From Epiperipatus broadwayi (lineage: Eukaryota > Animalia > Onychophora), in contig JAQFVV010000004.1 of assembly GCA_028023455.1 (NCBI GenBank), positions 4,960,001-5,024,000 of the forward strand: DNA of 64,000 bases, read 5' to 3'. Under the pieces are notes generated by a model. The model saw only the letters and a list, made by a program, of their open reading frames with translations. It did no database searches and was not told where the DNA came from. Below, piece after piece: positions 27,328 through 39,716 of the stretch; positions within the stretch are counted from its first letter, which is position 1; each line of letters starts with the position of its first letter. Both the position numbers and the translations under genes were made by a program.

Positions 27328-28040
27328 TCAATGATCACTTCCTGTGTTAAATTTATTAAGAACATTACAATCTTGAAATATGTATTTCCTGTTAATCAAA
27401 ATATAATCCAATTCTGCTGTACCTTCATTTGGATGCTTCCATGTCCATTTCCTTTTAACATTTTTCTCAAAAAAAGAATTCATAATATAAAGTTTTTCTT
27501 TTTCTGCAAACCCCACAAGTCTATGTCCTCTCTCATTTCTATTACCATAACCAAAATTACCTACAACATTTTCGTCTTTCATTTGTTTACCAATTCTAGC
27601 ATTAAAGTCTCCCATAACAATTTTAAAATGTTGTTTACTCTGATCAAAAGCCTTTTGTACATCCATATAAAAATCTTCTACTACTTCATCACTATGAGAA
27701 CTTGTTGGGGCATAAACCTGAATTATCTGCATTTGGTATCTGCTATTAAGTTGCAACACTAATCTTTCCACTCTGTCCGATACACTATCAATCTCCACAA
27801 TGTTATTCTTCCATTTTTTATTTATAATAAATCCTACTCCACTTGTATTTCCAATATTTGTGTCTTTATAGTAGAGTACATGTCCCCTTTTTAAATCAAT
27901 TGTTTCTTCACCTTTTCTTCTAACTTCACAAAGTCCAATAATGTCTCATTTAATATAAGATAGTTCTTCTTCTAACTCTTGCAATCTTCCTTCACTTGAA
28001 AGTGATCTGCAGTTGTAAGTACCTAAATAAAAAGTCATCA
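27328..28040 (-). pseudogene. Apurinic-like endonuclease (APE) domain of the RTE LINE
   Basis: LGTYNCRSL, DIIGLCEVRR (after an in-frame TGA near 27947), IIQVYAPTS, VMGDFNARIG, WTWKHPN, LDYIL, TGSDH followed by a stop. Confidence 0.95.
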
Positions 28041-30119
28041 TCAAATGGCAGCCTGAGTCTGCCATCAGGGGATTCTTAGCACCCTCCACCTTTGGCCACC
28101 AACTGCTGCCTTGGTTGGTGACTTTACAGCCTCCTGGGAATAAGGGCTATGATTTATTTTTGTCAATCATGATTGTATATATTGGAAAAATATTTTTAAA
28201 CTCGGAGGTAAAAAGCCAATAAACTCACCACGCTGACTAATGTGTGTTGGTGAGCAGCCCATCCATGTTCGTATGCTATATGAATAATCACATAGTAATA
28301 ACAGTTGCAATGACAAGAATGTATGGAGTGGACATTAGGAATTTGCCCTGCTCAGTTCTCTTATATATATATAATCTCTATTTTCTCTGTTGTCTGATTG
28401 GTGAATGTATGTTTGTTCATAAGGCTGTCACATTAAATTCACATGTCAAATTCACAATCAATTTAAAAAACTAATTCTGACATTAATAAAAAATGTTCAG
28501 AAAAAAATCAGTACATGTGCTTTTAACTACAGAGGTATAGTATTTAAATTGCAAAGAAAATGGGATTACAGGATATAAATTCATGTTTGAAATGTGATAT
28601 TTACTAAGAGAAAACCATATCTGCATTTAGTTTTGGTTAGCATATTATTATATTTATGGGAAGAAAGTTAATACATGTGCTTTTGGCTGCAGAGGTACAG
28701 TAATTAAGTCACAAAGAAAATGTGATTAAAATCTTTTGTTTAATGTACATTAAATCTTAAAAAGTTTTGGTTAGCATATAATTTCTCACATTTAATATAT
28801 AATATTAGAGTTGTTTGTTTAATTTACATTAAATCTTAAAAAATTTTTTATTAAAGCAACCAATTAAAAAAAACAAGGCCTATTTAGATGGGGTACATCT
28901 GGTAATAAGTAAAGACATTATAATTAAGTTCCTCAATCTAATAAATTAAATAAATGATCATGTAATTTTGCTCAGAAAGACATTTGATGTTTAAACTTTC
29001 AAAGTTGAACAATTAGTCAAACCCTCTCCCCCTGAGAATCAATGCATGAGTTTGGCTTTGAGTATACCACTGTGCCACAGCATATAGAAAATCTAACATA
29101 TTAGGTTGGGTGGTTGATATAGCACAAGGATCATGAGCTCAAAAGTTAGCACATACTTAGGATTAGTGGAGATTGTGAAGGATAAAAATTATCTACAACA
29201 ATCGAAACTACAATGCAAAATGCAATAAATTACAAACACATACATGAAGATTTTTTGAACAAGTATGTTCTACATAGTTAACATATATAAAATGCATGCT
29301 TCTGATAAAAGTTAGAAAAATTGCAGATATTTTTTGTGAATATTATAGTATAGAAAATAAAATAGTAATCAAATAGTAGTTGATGGATACTGTCCACTAC
29401 CACCAGTGTAACAGCTTCATCACTATGCCACAGATGTAGCACAGTAATTCCATCTTATTTGCATAGAATGATTTCTTTTCAAAGATAGAAACTTTTTTCA
29501 TAAGTTTATTTTAAAACTTAAAACATTTACATAAAATAAAAAATTACAAAAATCTTTTGGCATGAATTCTAATTGCATTATATATATACGCAATGTTAAT
29601 ATACAATCACACCTACATATAGTACTATCAAACTTTTGGCAATCAGAACTTTGACAACATCCACTCCAGATAAATACATTAATAATTACTATTAATCATT
29701 TATTAGGCTAGAGATTATCGTATCACTTCTAGTTCAGATATAAACTTTAAATCTCGATTGAAAATTAATATGTCCGCTTTTTAATTAAACATAGTCATAT
29801 AAAATAATCCAACTTCATTTCTCTTATTTCTATATGCAATATCGTTTTGAGATGTACTTAAAACATCCATTTTGCCACACATTCGCACTAGCACGTTTTT
29901 GAAACATAAAAATAAACAGCTGAAAAGACAAATAACCCAAAGTGAATGAGTGTCCAAGCTGTGTGGAAAATTTGACACTTGTAAATCAAATTGAAATTTT
30001 TTTATTTATAAATATTGAACAAACTACGAGGACGTGTGTGAGAGGCTATGACCTAGCCCAAATGAAGGGTGTTAATTCAACAAAAAATGTGTCTAAGGAG
30101 TCATTTATCTTTTTCAGAT

Positions 30120-30180
30120 ATAAACAGGCAAAACTCTCTATACATATCGCCATTAAAAAATAGTGATCATGTGATTTTTC
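30120..30180. mobile_element. Minimal family-B remnant: inverted arm plus terminal tail only
   Basis: TAAACAGGCAAAACTCTCTATACATATCGCCA (inverted arm) joined to AAATAGTGATCATGTGAT (tail). Confidence 0.65.
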
Positions 30181-31725
30181 AGATATATTTGTTCATATGT
30201 TTCAAAAAGGTGTAGTAAACCGGACATTCTGTATGGGCACACATTCATGCGTTTGTGTAATTATTTGTCTTATGTATGTATGTTAATCTTCCTGCCGAAA
30301 AGCGAATGAAGTTAAGTAGGCAATAAGATAAGGAAAGTGGATGTTCATCACGTCTTGAATTATTAAAAATCTAAATATTTTATTAAAATGATATTAGAAA
30401 GTTTTAAATATTATAGAAAATAAAAATATCATTTATTTAAAGCAAACATTCCTGTTGCGAAATAATATATTAGCCTGCTAAATATTCAAACACGTGGCCT
30501 CCACTATCTTACTTCTTTTTGAACAATAGAAAACACAATCTTAAAAATAAAATTATTCTGTAGTAAATGCTATTGTTACTTGTAAAATTAAGTCACATGA
30601 TTTTTCCCAATCAAAAGCTTGGTTGCAAAATCCCCAGTCAGGAGTTGAAGTAACTTTTGACATTCTAAGCGGGAACAGAAGTGGACTTCTAATGCAACTC
30701 TGACCTGATAAAAGAGCAGTGCTGAGTATTAATGAAATGACTTGCCTGGGGCAAACTAATCTCTTTTATATATATATAAAAAACTTTTACATGAAATAAA
30801 AGTGTGTTTTAAGTCTTCAAACAAATAAAGTTGATTCTGAAATGGCCACTAATAATTCTTTCAATAGAATAAATCGCAAACTTTTTAATAAAAAATTTAA
30901 GACAAATTTTAGAACTTTTTCTACAAATTGATGACATATTGGCTTGACCCATTAGCAACTAAGTCTAATGGATTAATTTGTTTAGACACCAATCCTGCAG
31001 AGATAACCTTATTAATCACAACTTACAACACATGGCGGTAGAAGCCAAGCATAACAGCGAGATGAGTATACACCAGTCTAAATGAATAATTTAAGCAAAC
31101 TCCCCCACCGTTTCTTTTTTAGTTACTTAAGAATGAGACATATAGCATCGTCCTGATAAAAATTTGAAAAAAAAAATTCAATATATGTATGCGTGTGTGC
31201 AAGTAAAAAAGAAAGTTGGACTTATAATTAAAACTTTTTCCTATCTAAGTATAGCTTACAAGATATTCTGAATCTAGTCGTTAATGTAAATAACAAAGAA
31301 AGACATTCTTCGCTAGGAAAACTAAATTTAGTCCTAATAAGTAACATAACTGTTTCAGTGTGTTCGCGTATGAGTTGGTGTTAGGTAATATAATACCTGT
31401 AGGTTAATATATAAGTACAACTCTTTTTTACAAATGTATGGTGAGGGGAGGTTTATTATTAAACAGATTTGATTCTTCCAAATTCAGTAAACCTCCGGAT
31501 AAAAAGTGAATCAAACAAAAAAAAAAAAAAGCATTTCTAAATAATTCAAGAGCAACTTTCCGTTCTAATGCCATCTAGTGTAAATCTGAATAATCAATGC
31601 ACTTCAAACACAAAAAATCTCCGTTCCTAGTATTCAAATCCTCATTCTCAATCTGGTTTCTGGCTTTTCCTTTATCAATAAGGCCTGGAATTCGAGGTTG
31701 AACAAAATGTAAATATTAAACCACT

Positions 31726-32116
31726 AAACATCACATGATCACTATCTCTTATACTAGTACATAATTGTTATTAAACAAGGCAAAACCCTCTCCATACAGT
31801 AGTGCCACCCTGTGCCAACCAGAGTAATCAATGAATGCCAGAAGGCTTGTGCATAAAATCCCTATCTAGTGCCTACTCATCCAATATCCCCAGACTTGTT
31901 TCTGGCTTGTGGCCTTTGTCAGTGAGGAGCCTTGAATCTGAGAGCACTGCACCTAGATCCAAGGATCCTCACTGATGAAGGCCACAAGCCAATCTGGGGA
32001 TATTGGATGAGTGGGCACTAGATAGGGATTTTATGCACAAGCCTTCTGGCCTTCATTGATTACTCTGGTTGGCACAGGGTGGCACTACTGTATGGAGAGA
32101 GTTTTGCCTTGTTTAA
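31726..32116. mobile_element. HHR family-B fold-back with two divergent, damaged hammerheads (31888-31927 minus; 31967-31998 plus)
   Basis: Arms 31771-31927 and 31965-32116 nearly identical. Minus HHR has CTGACAA; plus HHR has CTGATGA but lost GAAAC. 45-nt tail on the left only. Confidence 0.9.
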
Positions 32117-32202
32117 AATGTAGATATACATTCAGCAACTGCCTTTAGCTCTCACTACAATCAAATATTAGCATTCAATCAAGATTTACAGTATATTAAT
32201 AA

Positions 32203-32405
32203 TGTTTATTAATCATTGATAAGACTAGAGATTATCCAATAATGAGTAATATTTCAGTAGTGTAAAAAATTGTGGTCCGGGCTAACTGATGAGTGCTAGT
32301 TCACCATGAAATGTGCATCTTGGGAATCATATATCTTTTTCATGTATCTTTGGTCATATATTTATGATTACATTTCTCCACAAGGTATTAAAAATGGATA
32401 GATGT
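32203..32405. mobile_element. HHR family-A2 element: minus-strand tail joined to a plus-strand HHR arm (HHR 32282-32323)
   Basis: CTAA-CTGATGA-GTG-CTAGTTCAC-CAT-GAAA-TGTGCA-TC/TTGG; 32203-32265 is the reverse complement of 34115-34180. Confidence 0.75.
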
Positions 32406-33276
32406 CGAATTAAAGGTTGTATAATTCGTTGTAAATTTTCTTTATTAAAAATATTGGCTACTTTAAATATAGTTGTTAAATATATACAAGTGTTAAATTA
32501 AAAACTCTTTGGTGTAATTTTCTAAATTCACTTTTCAATTAGTCATATCTTCTCACATACTTATAAATATTTTTGCACATTTACATATATTTTTATATAT
32601 TCACATCTATCATTAAACACCTCATTATGCCCATCAGTATTTTAAGTGATATTAGTATAATCTGAATTAGACTCGTCACTAACCGCTCCTCTCCTAAGAA
32701 TGAAATTAAAGTGTATGTAGGTATATAGGTGCAAGGATCAATGATAGACTCTTTTATTCATTATGATTATCTAGCTAATCTATTTTCATACCAGGTAAAA
32801 GTCTGTTCCATTATACTATATATATATCATAATAAAAATAATAAAATATAACGGTAATAAACTATTATAAACAGTCTTTCAATCCACAGAAGTACTTTCG
32901 GTTAATTTCTTAAACCTGCCTCAACTGCCATTAAATTCAAAAAACAACAGAGAGGAAGCAAACATCGTCAATTCAAATCCCATGAATCCTATATTTTAAT
33001 GTTAGCAGCTTGTCTATTTATTAAATGCACTTTATTCCTATTTATAAAAATTGCCTTCTTAATTTTCCTTTTGGTTTCTCTCTTCATGAAGAATTTTCAC
33101 ACTTTCATTATCAAATTTAAATTTATATTTTATTATTTTTATTATGTTTACAATTTTGTTTCAATTAACAGACATTTTATTTATATTATATATATTAGAA
33201 ATAAAATAACATGAATTATATCTTAATTATAAGTAAATAAGCATTTATTTTTATATAGCGCTATGCCTACAATTGT

Positions 33277-33406
33277 ATTACATTCAAATATCAGCCATTC
33301 AAGCCAATTGTGCATGCGCCTTTGAGAGTGTTAAATAATAAATGAATACTTTCTTCTCCAAAGGCGCATGCACAATTGGCTTGAATGGCTGATATTTGAA
33401 TGTAAT
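33277..33406. repeat. Perfect 48-bp inverted repeat with 34-bp spacer
   Basis: ATTACATTCAAATATCAGCCATTCAAGCCAATTGTGCATGCGCCTTTG (33277-33324) and its exact reverse complement (33359-33406). Confidence 0.95.
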
Positions 33407-33836
33407 GAATTATATCTGTGTATTAGTGAGCATGTAATTATGTTTTTTTACCCAAAAACAAATACAAATAAAAATAGATTAAGTTACAGCACTTGAGCAT
33501 TTTTGTAGCAATTTGGTTCTTTCTTAACACTAGTGTGTCATAGATATATAAATCAATAAGTTCTAAAAAGTACATTGATTATTGTATATAAATTAAATTA
33601 CATCTATCATATCATACCTAAAATCTCTAGTTAAATCTTGCCAATCATTGTCAAAGCAATTTTATATACATCGAGAAAATGATAAACTACTTTCTGTTTA
33701 TGAATAATATTTCTGTAGTGTAGTTTTTACTACACCACTCTCACATAAGATAGGGATTGGTTTCTATCCACTTTTAACACCTTGTGGAGGAATCATAAAC
33801 ATATGACCAAAGGCATGTGGAAAAGATGTATAATCC

Positions 33837-33878
33837 CCAAGATGCACATTTTGTGCTGAATCAGCATTCATCAGTTGG
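33837..33878 (-). ncRNA. Hammerhead motif (family A2) with G12->A core mutation
   Basis: Minus strand CCAA-CTGATGA-ATGCTG-ATT-CAGCAC-AAAA-TGTGCA-TC/TTGG. Confidence 0.65.
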
Positions 33879-33954
33879 CACACATCACAACCCCTTACAC
33901 ATATTTTTGTCATTGTTCATTATATATATATAGTAAATTACTATAGTTTAATTG

Positions 33955-34001
33955 GACCAACTGATGAATGATGATTCAGCATGAAATATGCATCTTGGGT
34001 C
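33955..34001 (+). ncRNA. Minimal type I hammerhead ribozyme motif (family A2), core intact
   Basis: GACCAA-CTGATGA-ATGATG-ATT-CAGCAT-GAAA-TATGCA-TC/TTGGGTC; AUC triplet, one mismatch in stem II. Confidence 0.8.
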
Positions 34002-34349
34002 ATAGATATGTTTTACTTATTTTCCATCATATGTTATGATTAATCTCTTCACATGGTGTTAAAAGTGGATAGAAATCAATCCCTACCTTGGTGAGATTGG
34101 TTTAGTGAAAATTACACTACAGACATATTATTCATTATTGGATAATTTCTAGTCTAATGAATGATTAATAAAAATTATTAATATACTTTTATCTCTATTT
34201 TATTGTCAAATTAAAAAACTTGAAATTCAAATCAGCCTAAGATTTTGAACCCAAAACAAAATTAATAATTTACTTAAACTTGGGTGGAACGCTTTTGATA
34301 AAAATAACTTGATATTTAAAGAAAATATGCATGTGTTTGAAAATGAAGG

Positions 34350-34705
34350 TTTTTAATAAATGTTTTACAAATTTTTACTTACAAATCTAAGATTTTAACA
34401 TTTAACAGAAAAGCAATATAGAAACTTCAGACTCAACGAAGTATATAACAATGTATGATAGATGTAATAAAAAGAATCAAAAATGAAATAAGAGAACAAG
34501 AATTTAAAAAGATTGAAATGGATCTGATCTGGACCTATTGTTAGAAAAGATGATAAAAAATTGATAGTTGACCATATGTGAGCTGAATGAAAGATAATTG
34601 CTAGTGAGATGTGTACAAAAGAGGCTAGAAATCTGAAAAACTATAATAAAGATGGGGAGACTTTCATCTATAATGGATCAATACTGATTGGAAATCCTGA
34701 TGATG
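34350..34705 (+). mobile_element. Old, degraded 3' fragment of the RTE LINE
   Basis: Aligns by eye with the reverse complement of 25230-25620 (AAAAGATTGAAATGG...GGACCTATTGTTAGAAAAGATGATAA vs AAAAGGCTGAAGTGG...GGACATATTGCTAGAAGAGATGATAA). Confidence 0.6.
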
Positions 34706-35582
34706 GTGTGTATACATATATTTTGAAGTTTCTTTGGTTTTTATCAATGCAACTTTCATCTTAATTTTACCATAGTGCTATCATCCAATAACAAGAAAGT
34801 CAAATTATCCACTTTCACTAATCTGAACAAATGGAATTATAAATATATGTAATTTTTAAAAAAAATTATTATACCACATAGTCCTGAAAAATACATTTGA
34901 CTTGCACAGAAATCGTTATTGATGTGTTTTAGAAATGTATAGTGAAATGAAAATTTAAAAATATATATATCCAAAAATGAAAACAGTGAAACATCAAATT
35001 ATGGTGTATCTGACTACATTACTTCAATTATACATTAGCCAAAGAAAAATGTAAACAACAAACAAAAATGTACATAAACAAACAAAAAAACCCATTAAAA
35101 TTTGCAAATTTTACAATATTCAGTAGCCATGTTTTCTTCTCTGAGTGCTATATGTTATATATTAATAATTTTTTTCCAATTTATGTTGAAAGCACATACA
35201 TTTTATTGTTCTTTTATTATTATTTCATAATTTGATGTGCACTATTTTGTGCAATAAAATATTTTCTAAGTGTAACGCTAAAAGTTTTACAAAATTTTAG
35301 AACATACTAAAAGTTAGTACTGATTTTAAAATATCAAAATAATTACAGAGATCATAATTTTTGATAAAGTGACTAATCAATTATGTTTCTATAAGAGAAA
35401 ACATATTGAAAAAAGAATATTACCCAGAGTGTATTTAATAGTAACAAAAGTCCGACACTTGGCTATTTACTTTATTTAAAAAATTAAAATATGGTAGTTA
35501 GGGTTTTGCTTTAGTGAATGTAAATACACTCACAGTAAAATACATGTAAATGTGCCCCTTAATTTATTATTAAAAAGATTCT

Positions 35583-35697
35583 GTGCATGGGGTGATGTGG
35601 AGAAGAGAGGCTAGAGATCGGAGAAGATGGATTGAACTTGGAGAGACCTTCATCCTGCAGTATATTGATAATGGTTGACAATGATGATGATGATGAT
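35583..35697 (+). mobile_element. 5'-truncated RTE 3' end with (GAT)n tail
   Basis: GGGGTGATGTGGAG...TTGAACTTGGAGAGACCTTCATC...GATAATGGTTGA...(GAT)5 matches the reverse complement of 25219-25325. Confidence 0.85.
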
Positions 35698-37099
35698 TTC
35701 TAAAATTTTGTTTACACTATAATCTTGATTTATATGCATATTACTCATATAAAAAAAGTCTGTGTTTTATATGTGAATGATGAAAAATACTATACATTTG
35801 CAGTTCAATAAGCAATACATATTCTATTTTAATCAATCTTTATAAACAAAACTAGCTATTATATATTATATACATTTGAATGCAAGGAGGTCTTTGAACA
35901 AAATGTAGCCTAGTTCACAATTCCACTATATACATAAAGTTAAATTATTCCATACGTTTATATTTAACTCATCTGAAATGTGGTTTCAAAATGCATGCTA
36001 AGTGAAAGAAGATGGTCTGATTTTCTGTGCTAATGGCTGTTTGCAATATGGTAAAATTGAAATAAGGGATATATTAATAAAAATCAGAAACACATAAACA
36101 TAATATATATTTAAGATGCATCCATTTCAGATAATATGTAAATAGGATTGTATGCCTTTTATTTAAATAAGTTAATAAATATAATATTTTTATTATATAT
36201 ACACATGATATATATATAAACGTTTCGCAAATATCAATTTGAATATACTTTAAAATAACTCCCAAAAGTTTCAAATCATAGTCTGTATATTATAAAGTTA
36301 TTAATATAAAGTTATTCTAATATAGAGAATCTCCAGATATAAGACTATACCAATTCATTTTAACAAGCTTTAATAAAATTTATTAGTTTCTTTATTTACT
36401 TGACACCGGATTAAAATATAAATTAAAATTGTGAAAAGATTATTATAGAGGGCAGCATCGTACAGATATTGCTTAAAATATTTAGTCTTAATTGTAATAC
36501 AGAAACTGCAGTAATGCAATATAAATAATTAATTTAATAAGTTGTTATAATGAGTTAATGATTGAAAATTACAATAATTTACAATAATATATCTGCTTTT
36601 CTATTAATATACCAAAATCCAACACGCTTTTTACTATCAGTAACAAACACCAGCTTATTATTTCAGTTTGTTTATTTAAAGTCACTATTATTTATGTTTA
36701 TTTTGTTTCCTGTTTCTTTTTAAAATTTGTCTCATTTTATTCTGACATTACTAAATGATGGCTATTAACTCATGTACACAAACAGTAATTTGAACATAAA
36801 TAAATTAAATATAAAATATCAAAATCAAATTACAAAAATAATATTTTGAAACTATTAGAAAAAAACAAGTGCTAAGCAAAAGAAAATAATTTTTATTTAA
36901 AAGTTTATGATAATGGAATTTTATTTATGTTGAACTGTTTCCATTTTTTTTTTAATTGGCAAATGTTTTTAAAAAATTTCAAACATTTATTCTTTCCTAC
37001 ATATATTCAAATTTTAGTAATACAATACACGTTATTATAATCCATAATGTTTCTCGTATTTTCTCCATATTTTTTTCCAGCTACTATTTGCCTAACTAA

Positions 37100-37850
37100 T
37101 GATAGTATTACCACGGAAATCAAATTAGTGTTTTTTAGATTCGTGAAATACCGAATTTAGTGACCCTTTAACTAACTAGCCTTTAATAGCCTGAACGATC
37201 AAAGCATTATTTAGATGTCTGAATGACTGTTTAATTTAAGAATGGAAAATGCATTAGAGATGTCATTAATTGCGATGGTGACTATTGTTAAGAGCTTTAT
37301 GACAAAACCGGAAAATTAATATTTGTTTCATTGATCTTGAAAAGTTATAGTGCCAATTAATTCAAGTCTTAACATGACAACATTTAATCTGCTGAAAAAG
37401 TTCAGATGGTGGGGTCTGGAGCCGAAATACTTTGATTTCCTGATAAAAAATAAATTTAAATGCACTACCCACTTGTAGCTTTGTAACAAGAAACCGTGGA
37501 TTCACTTCAATTGATGGCCTATGTGGGTTGTATCGCAGAGATGAAGACACGATTGAACACATTTTTGGTGTATGCAGTTATTTGCAAGTCTGTAGAATAT
37601 TTATTAGCTTAATTTGTAAACATAAAGGCTCATTGATACCTGCATTGATACAAGGAATTAAAGCGGGAGTTTATTAGAAGTGCCAATTTTTTAATATATA
37701 GTTTATGGCTAACTCGATGTGATATTCTCTTAAATTCCAATTGTACAGATCCTCTGAAGATTCTAATTAGGAAAATCAGAACGATAAAAGAAAGACAATC
37801 GAATATCATCACAAGCATTATTCAATAGCACATGGGATCTAATTGACATT
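37100..37850 (+). pseudogene. 3' fragment of an L1/Tx1-clade LINE (zf-RVT and C-terminus)
   Basis: WWGLEPKYFDFLIK[frameshift in A-run]INLNALPTCSFVTRNRGFTSIDGLCGLYRRDEDTIEHIFGVCSY, then LWLTRCDILLN, matching L1-type 'PK..FLW...NALPT...CxxC...ETxxHxFxxC...IWxxRN'. Confidence 0.7.
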
Positions 37851-38487
37851 TAAAGATCAGATTGGATATTATCAATTACCTTTCTTTAGAAAATATATAT
37901 ATATAATTGAACTTTTGTTCTACCTTTTTTATTTAATAGTGAATACTCGGCAAAATCTGCCTATTGAACTTTAATTAGCCAATTGATTTTATCATACAAT
38001 ACTATATATATATTTTATCCTTTTTTTTTCAGGATTAATAAAGTTTGTTTGTTTGTTTTTTTATATAAAAAGGGGGAGGGGCATTATTTTATTTTTTAAA
38101 GAATAAAATAAGAAAAGTTTTAAGTTTAAAAATCAAAAAGCCGATTTCGATGACTTGGTCTTGATAACATATTTATAGCAATGACAGGTGGATAGGAAGG
38201 TGAGAGGTATAAATATGACGTAAATTTATCTAAATGTATACAAACGGGTTAAATCGCCCACTTAAGCTTTTCTTATTTAAGCGTTCCTAGCGCTTATAAT
38301 TTAATTACAATTTGTCTAAGAAAAGTTACCAACGTATGTCTAAAGAATAAAATGGTGAATTGGCAACGGTTTATCTAAAAAACAAAAAATATTCTTGAGA
38401 TTACATAAGTTTCACAGAAAAGATCAATATAGCGATAGTATATCTATTATCTATCTCGGATTTGTTAAACATTTATTTAAAAGACTT

Positions 38488-38610
38488 CAAAATATATATA
38501 TTGAAGAGATCATTTATCTTTTTCACATGCGTGTGGTTATGTAATCGGTTGTATGAGATGATTGGATGGCTGAAGGGAGCTTGAAAGTCTGTGTTCAAAA
38601 TCCCTATACA
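38488..38610 (+). mobile_element. 3' part of an HHR family-A1 element (from stem III to the terminus)
   Basis: AAATATATATATTG...ATTTATCTTTTT...GTATGAGATGATTGGATGGCTGAAGGGAGCTTGAAAGTCTGTGTTCAAAATCCCTATA matches the sense-strand 3' end of 55096-55200 and 41570-41658. Confidence 0.65.
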
Positions 38611-39611
38611 TCTAAACTCCAGGTATATAAAATATACTTGTATTTAAAATATTAAATCAATTTTGTGGAATCAGTGTTGGAACAGAAAAATAACTGTTTT
38701 GCCCATAATTTTGAAGTATTTGCAGGTATCAAACATTAGCTTAACAAAATATTAAGGAGTTTTTATAAAATTTAAAATGAAAATAAATAATATAAATCTA
38801 AAACAATGATTGTGCTACTAGAAGATTTATGGATCTGTAAAAAATAAAAATTATTATAAGTTTTCTCTAAAGATCATATGATATTCATTAGATTGAGTCC
38901 AACAGTTCCATTCAAATGACTATCTGAAATTTGTTTTAATTATATATACTCTATTAAAAATCAATTCTGGGAATCTAACACTAAATCAGTGCACTAAAGT
39001 GTACAGGGTAAAAATTGGACAAGAAACGTACCATAGCGGGTTAGCATATTCAACTATAAAAGTTATTTCTTTAACGATTAAAAGAATGATAAAATTATTA
39101 AAATTGGAATTGTATTAAAATAGTACTTAATAGGATGGTTTATAATAACTTTTTAAATATTCTGTTTGAATCGTAGATTTATTTGGTGAAAAAAAATGAA
39201 CAGTTGTTTTATGAAGGCTTTTGAGATTTGATTTGGAAGTGAATAAAAATAAATTGAAAAGACAATATTGTTAATGAAAAAATATTAAAGGAAGTAAATG
39301 AAAAAAAAAAGTATTAAGAAAAATTTGAAAGTAAAGAATTATAATATTTATTTAGAAAAATCCATATAGAGTACAACAATAACAAAAAAAAAAAAAAGAT
39401 TAATAATCTAAATTTTAAAAAAAAACTTTGGTAAATTTGGAAAATTTATTGCAATATCTACCTTTTGATGAAAATTAATAGTGATGATGATGATAAAAAG
39501 AATTTATATCCAGTTCTATATATTTAAAACTTGGAAATAAAACAATTACTTGTAGACAAAAAAATTAGATTTTTTGGAGAGACAAACAAGTATCTACTAT
39601 ACTTTCAATAT

Positions 39612-39716
39612 TGTCAAGCATTGGTGACCGAGAGGTCAGCGACAGATGCTTTACAAGCAGTTGTCCCTGGTTAGTGGGTTCACTTCCTGGATGATGCTAT
39701 GACACATGAGAAAAAA
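39612..39716 (+). mobile_element. tRNA-Gly-derived SINE copy (TAC, T-arm insertion subfamily)
   Basis: TGTCAAGCATTGGTGACCGAGAGGTCAGCGACAGATGCTTTACAAGCAGTTGTCCCTGGTTAGTGGGTTCACTTCCTGGATGATGCTATGACACATGAG-A6. Confidence 0.85.

Larger units (their letters stand above)
25219..28150 (-). mobile_element. RTE-clade non-LTR retrotransposon (LINE), near full length, disrupted
   Basis: Single APE-RT reading frame broken by stops and frameshifts, 3' (GAT)n tail at 25219-25233, homologous copies elsewhere in the window. Confidence 0.95.
33700..34182. mobile_element. HHR family-A2 fold-back with two divergent hammerheads and a one-sided tail
   Basis: Arms 33700-33878 and 33955-34135; tail 34136-34180 only on the right. 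Confidence 0.85.

Noticed and set aside
25254-27762. Plus-strand ORFs 25254-25610, 26590-26889, 26792-27193, 27331-27762
   Set aside because: Antisense shadows of the minus-strand RTE ORF; F/L/S/I-rich with no domain features.
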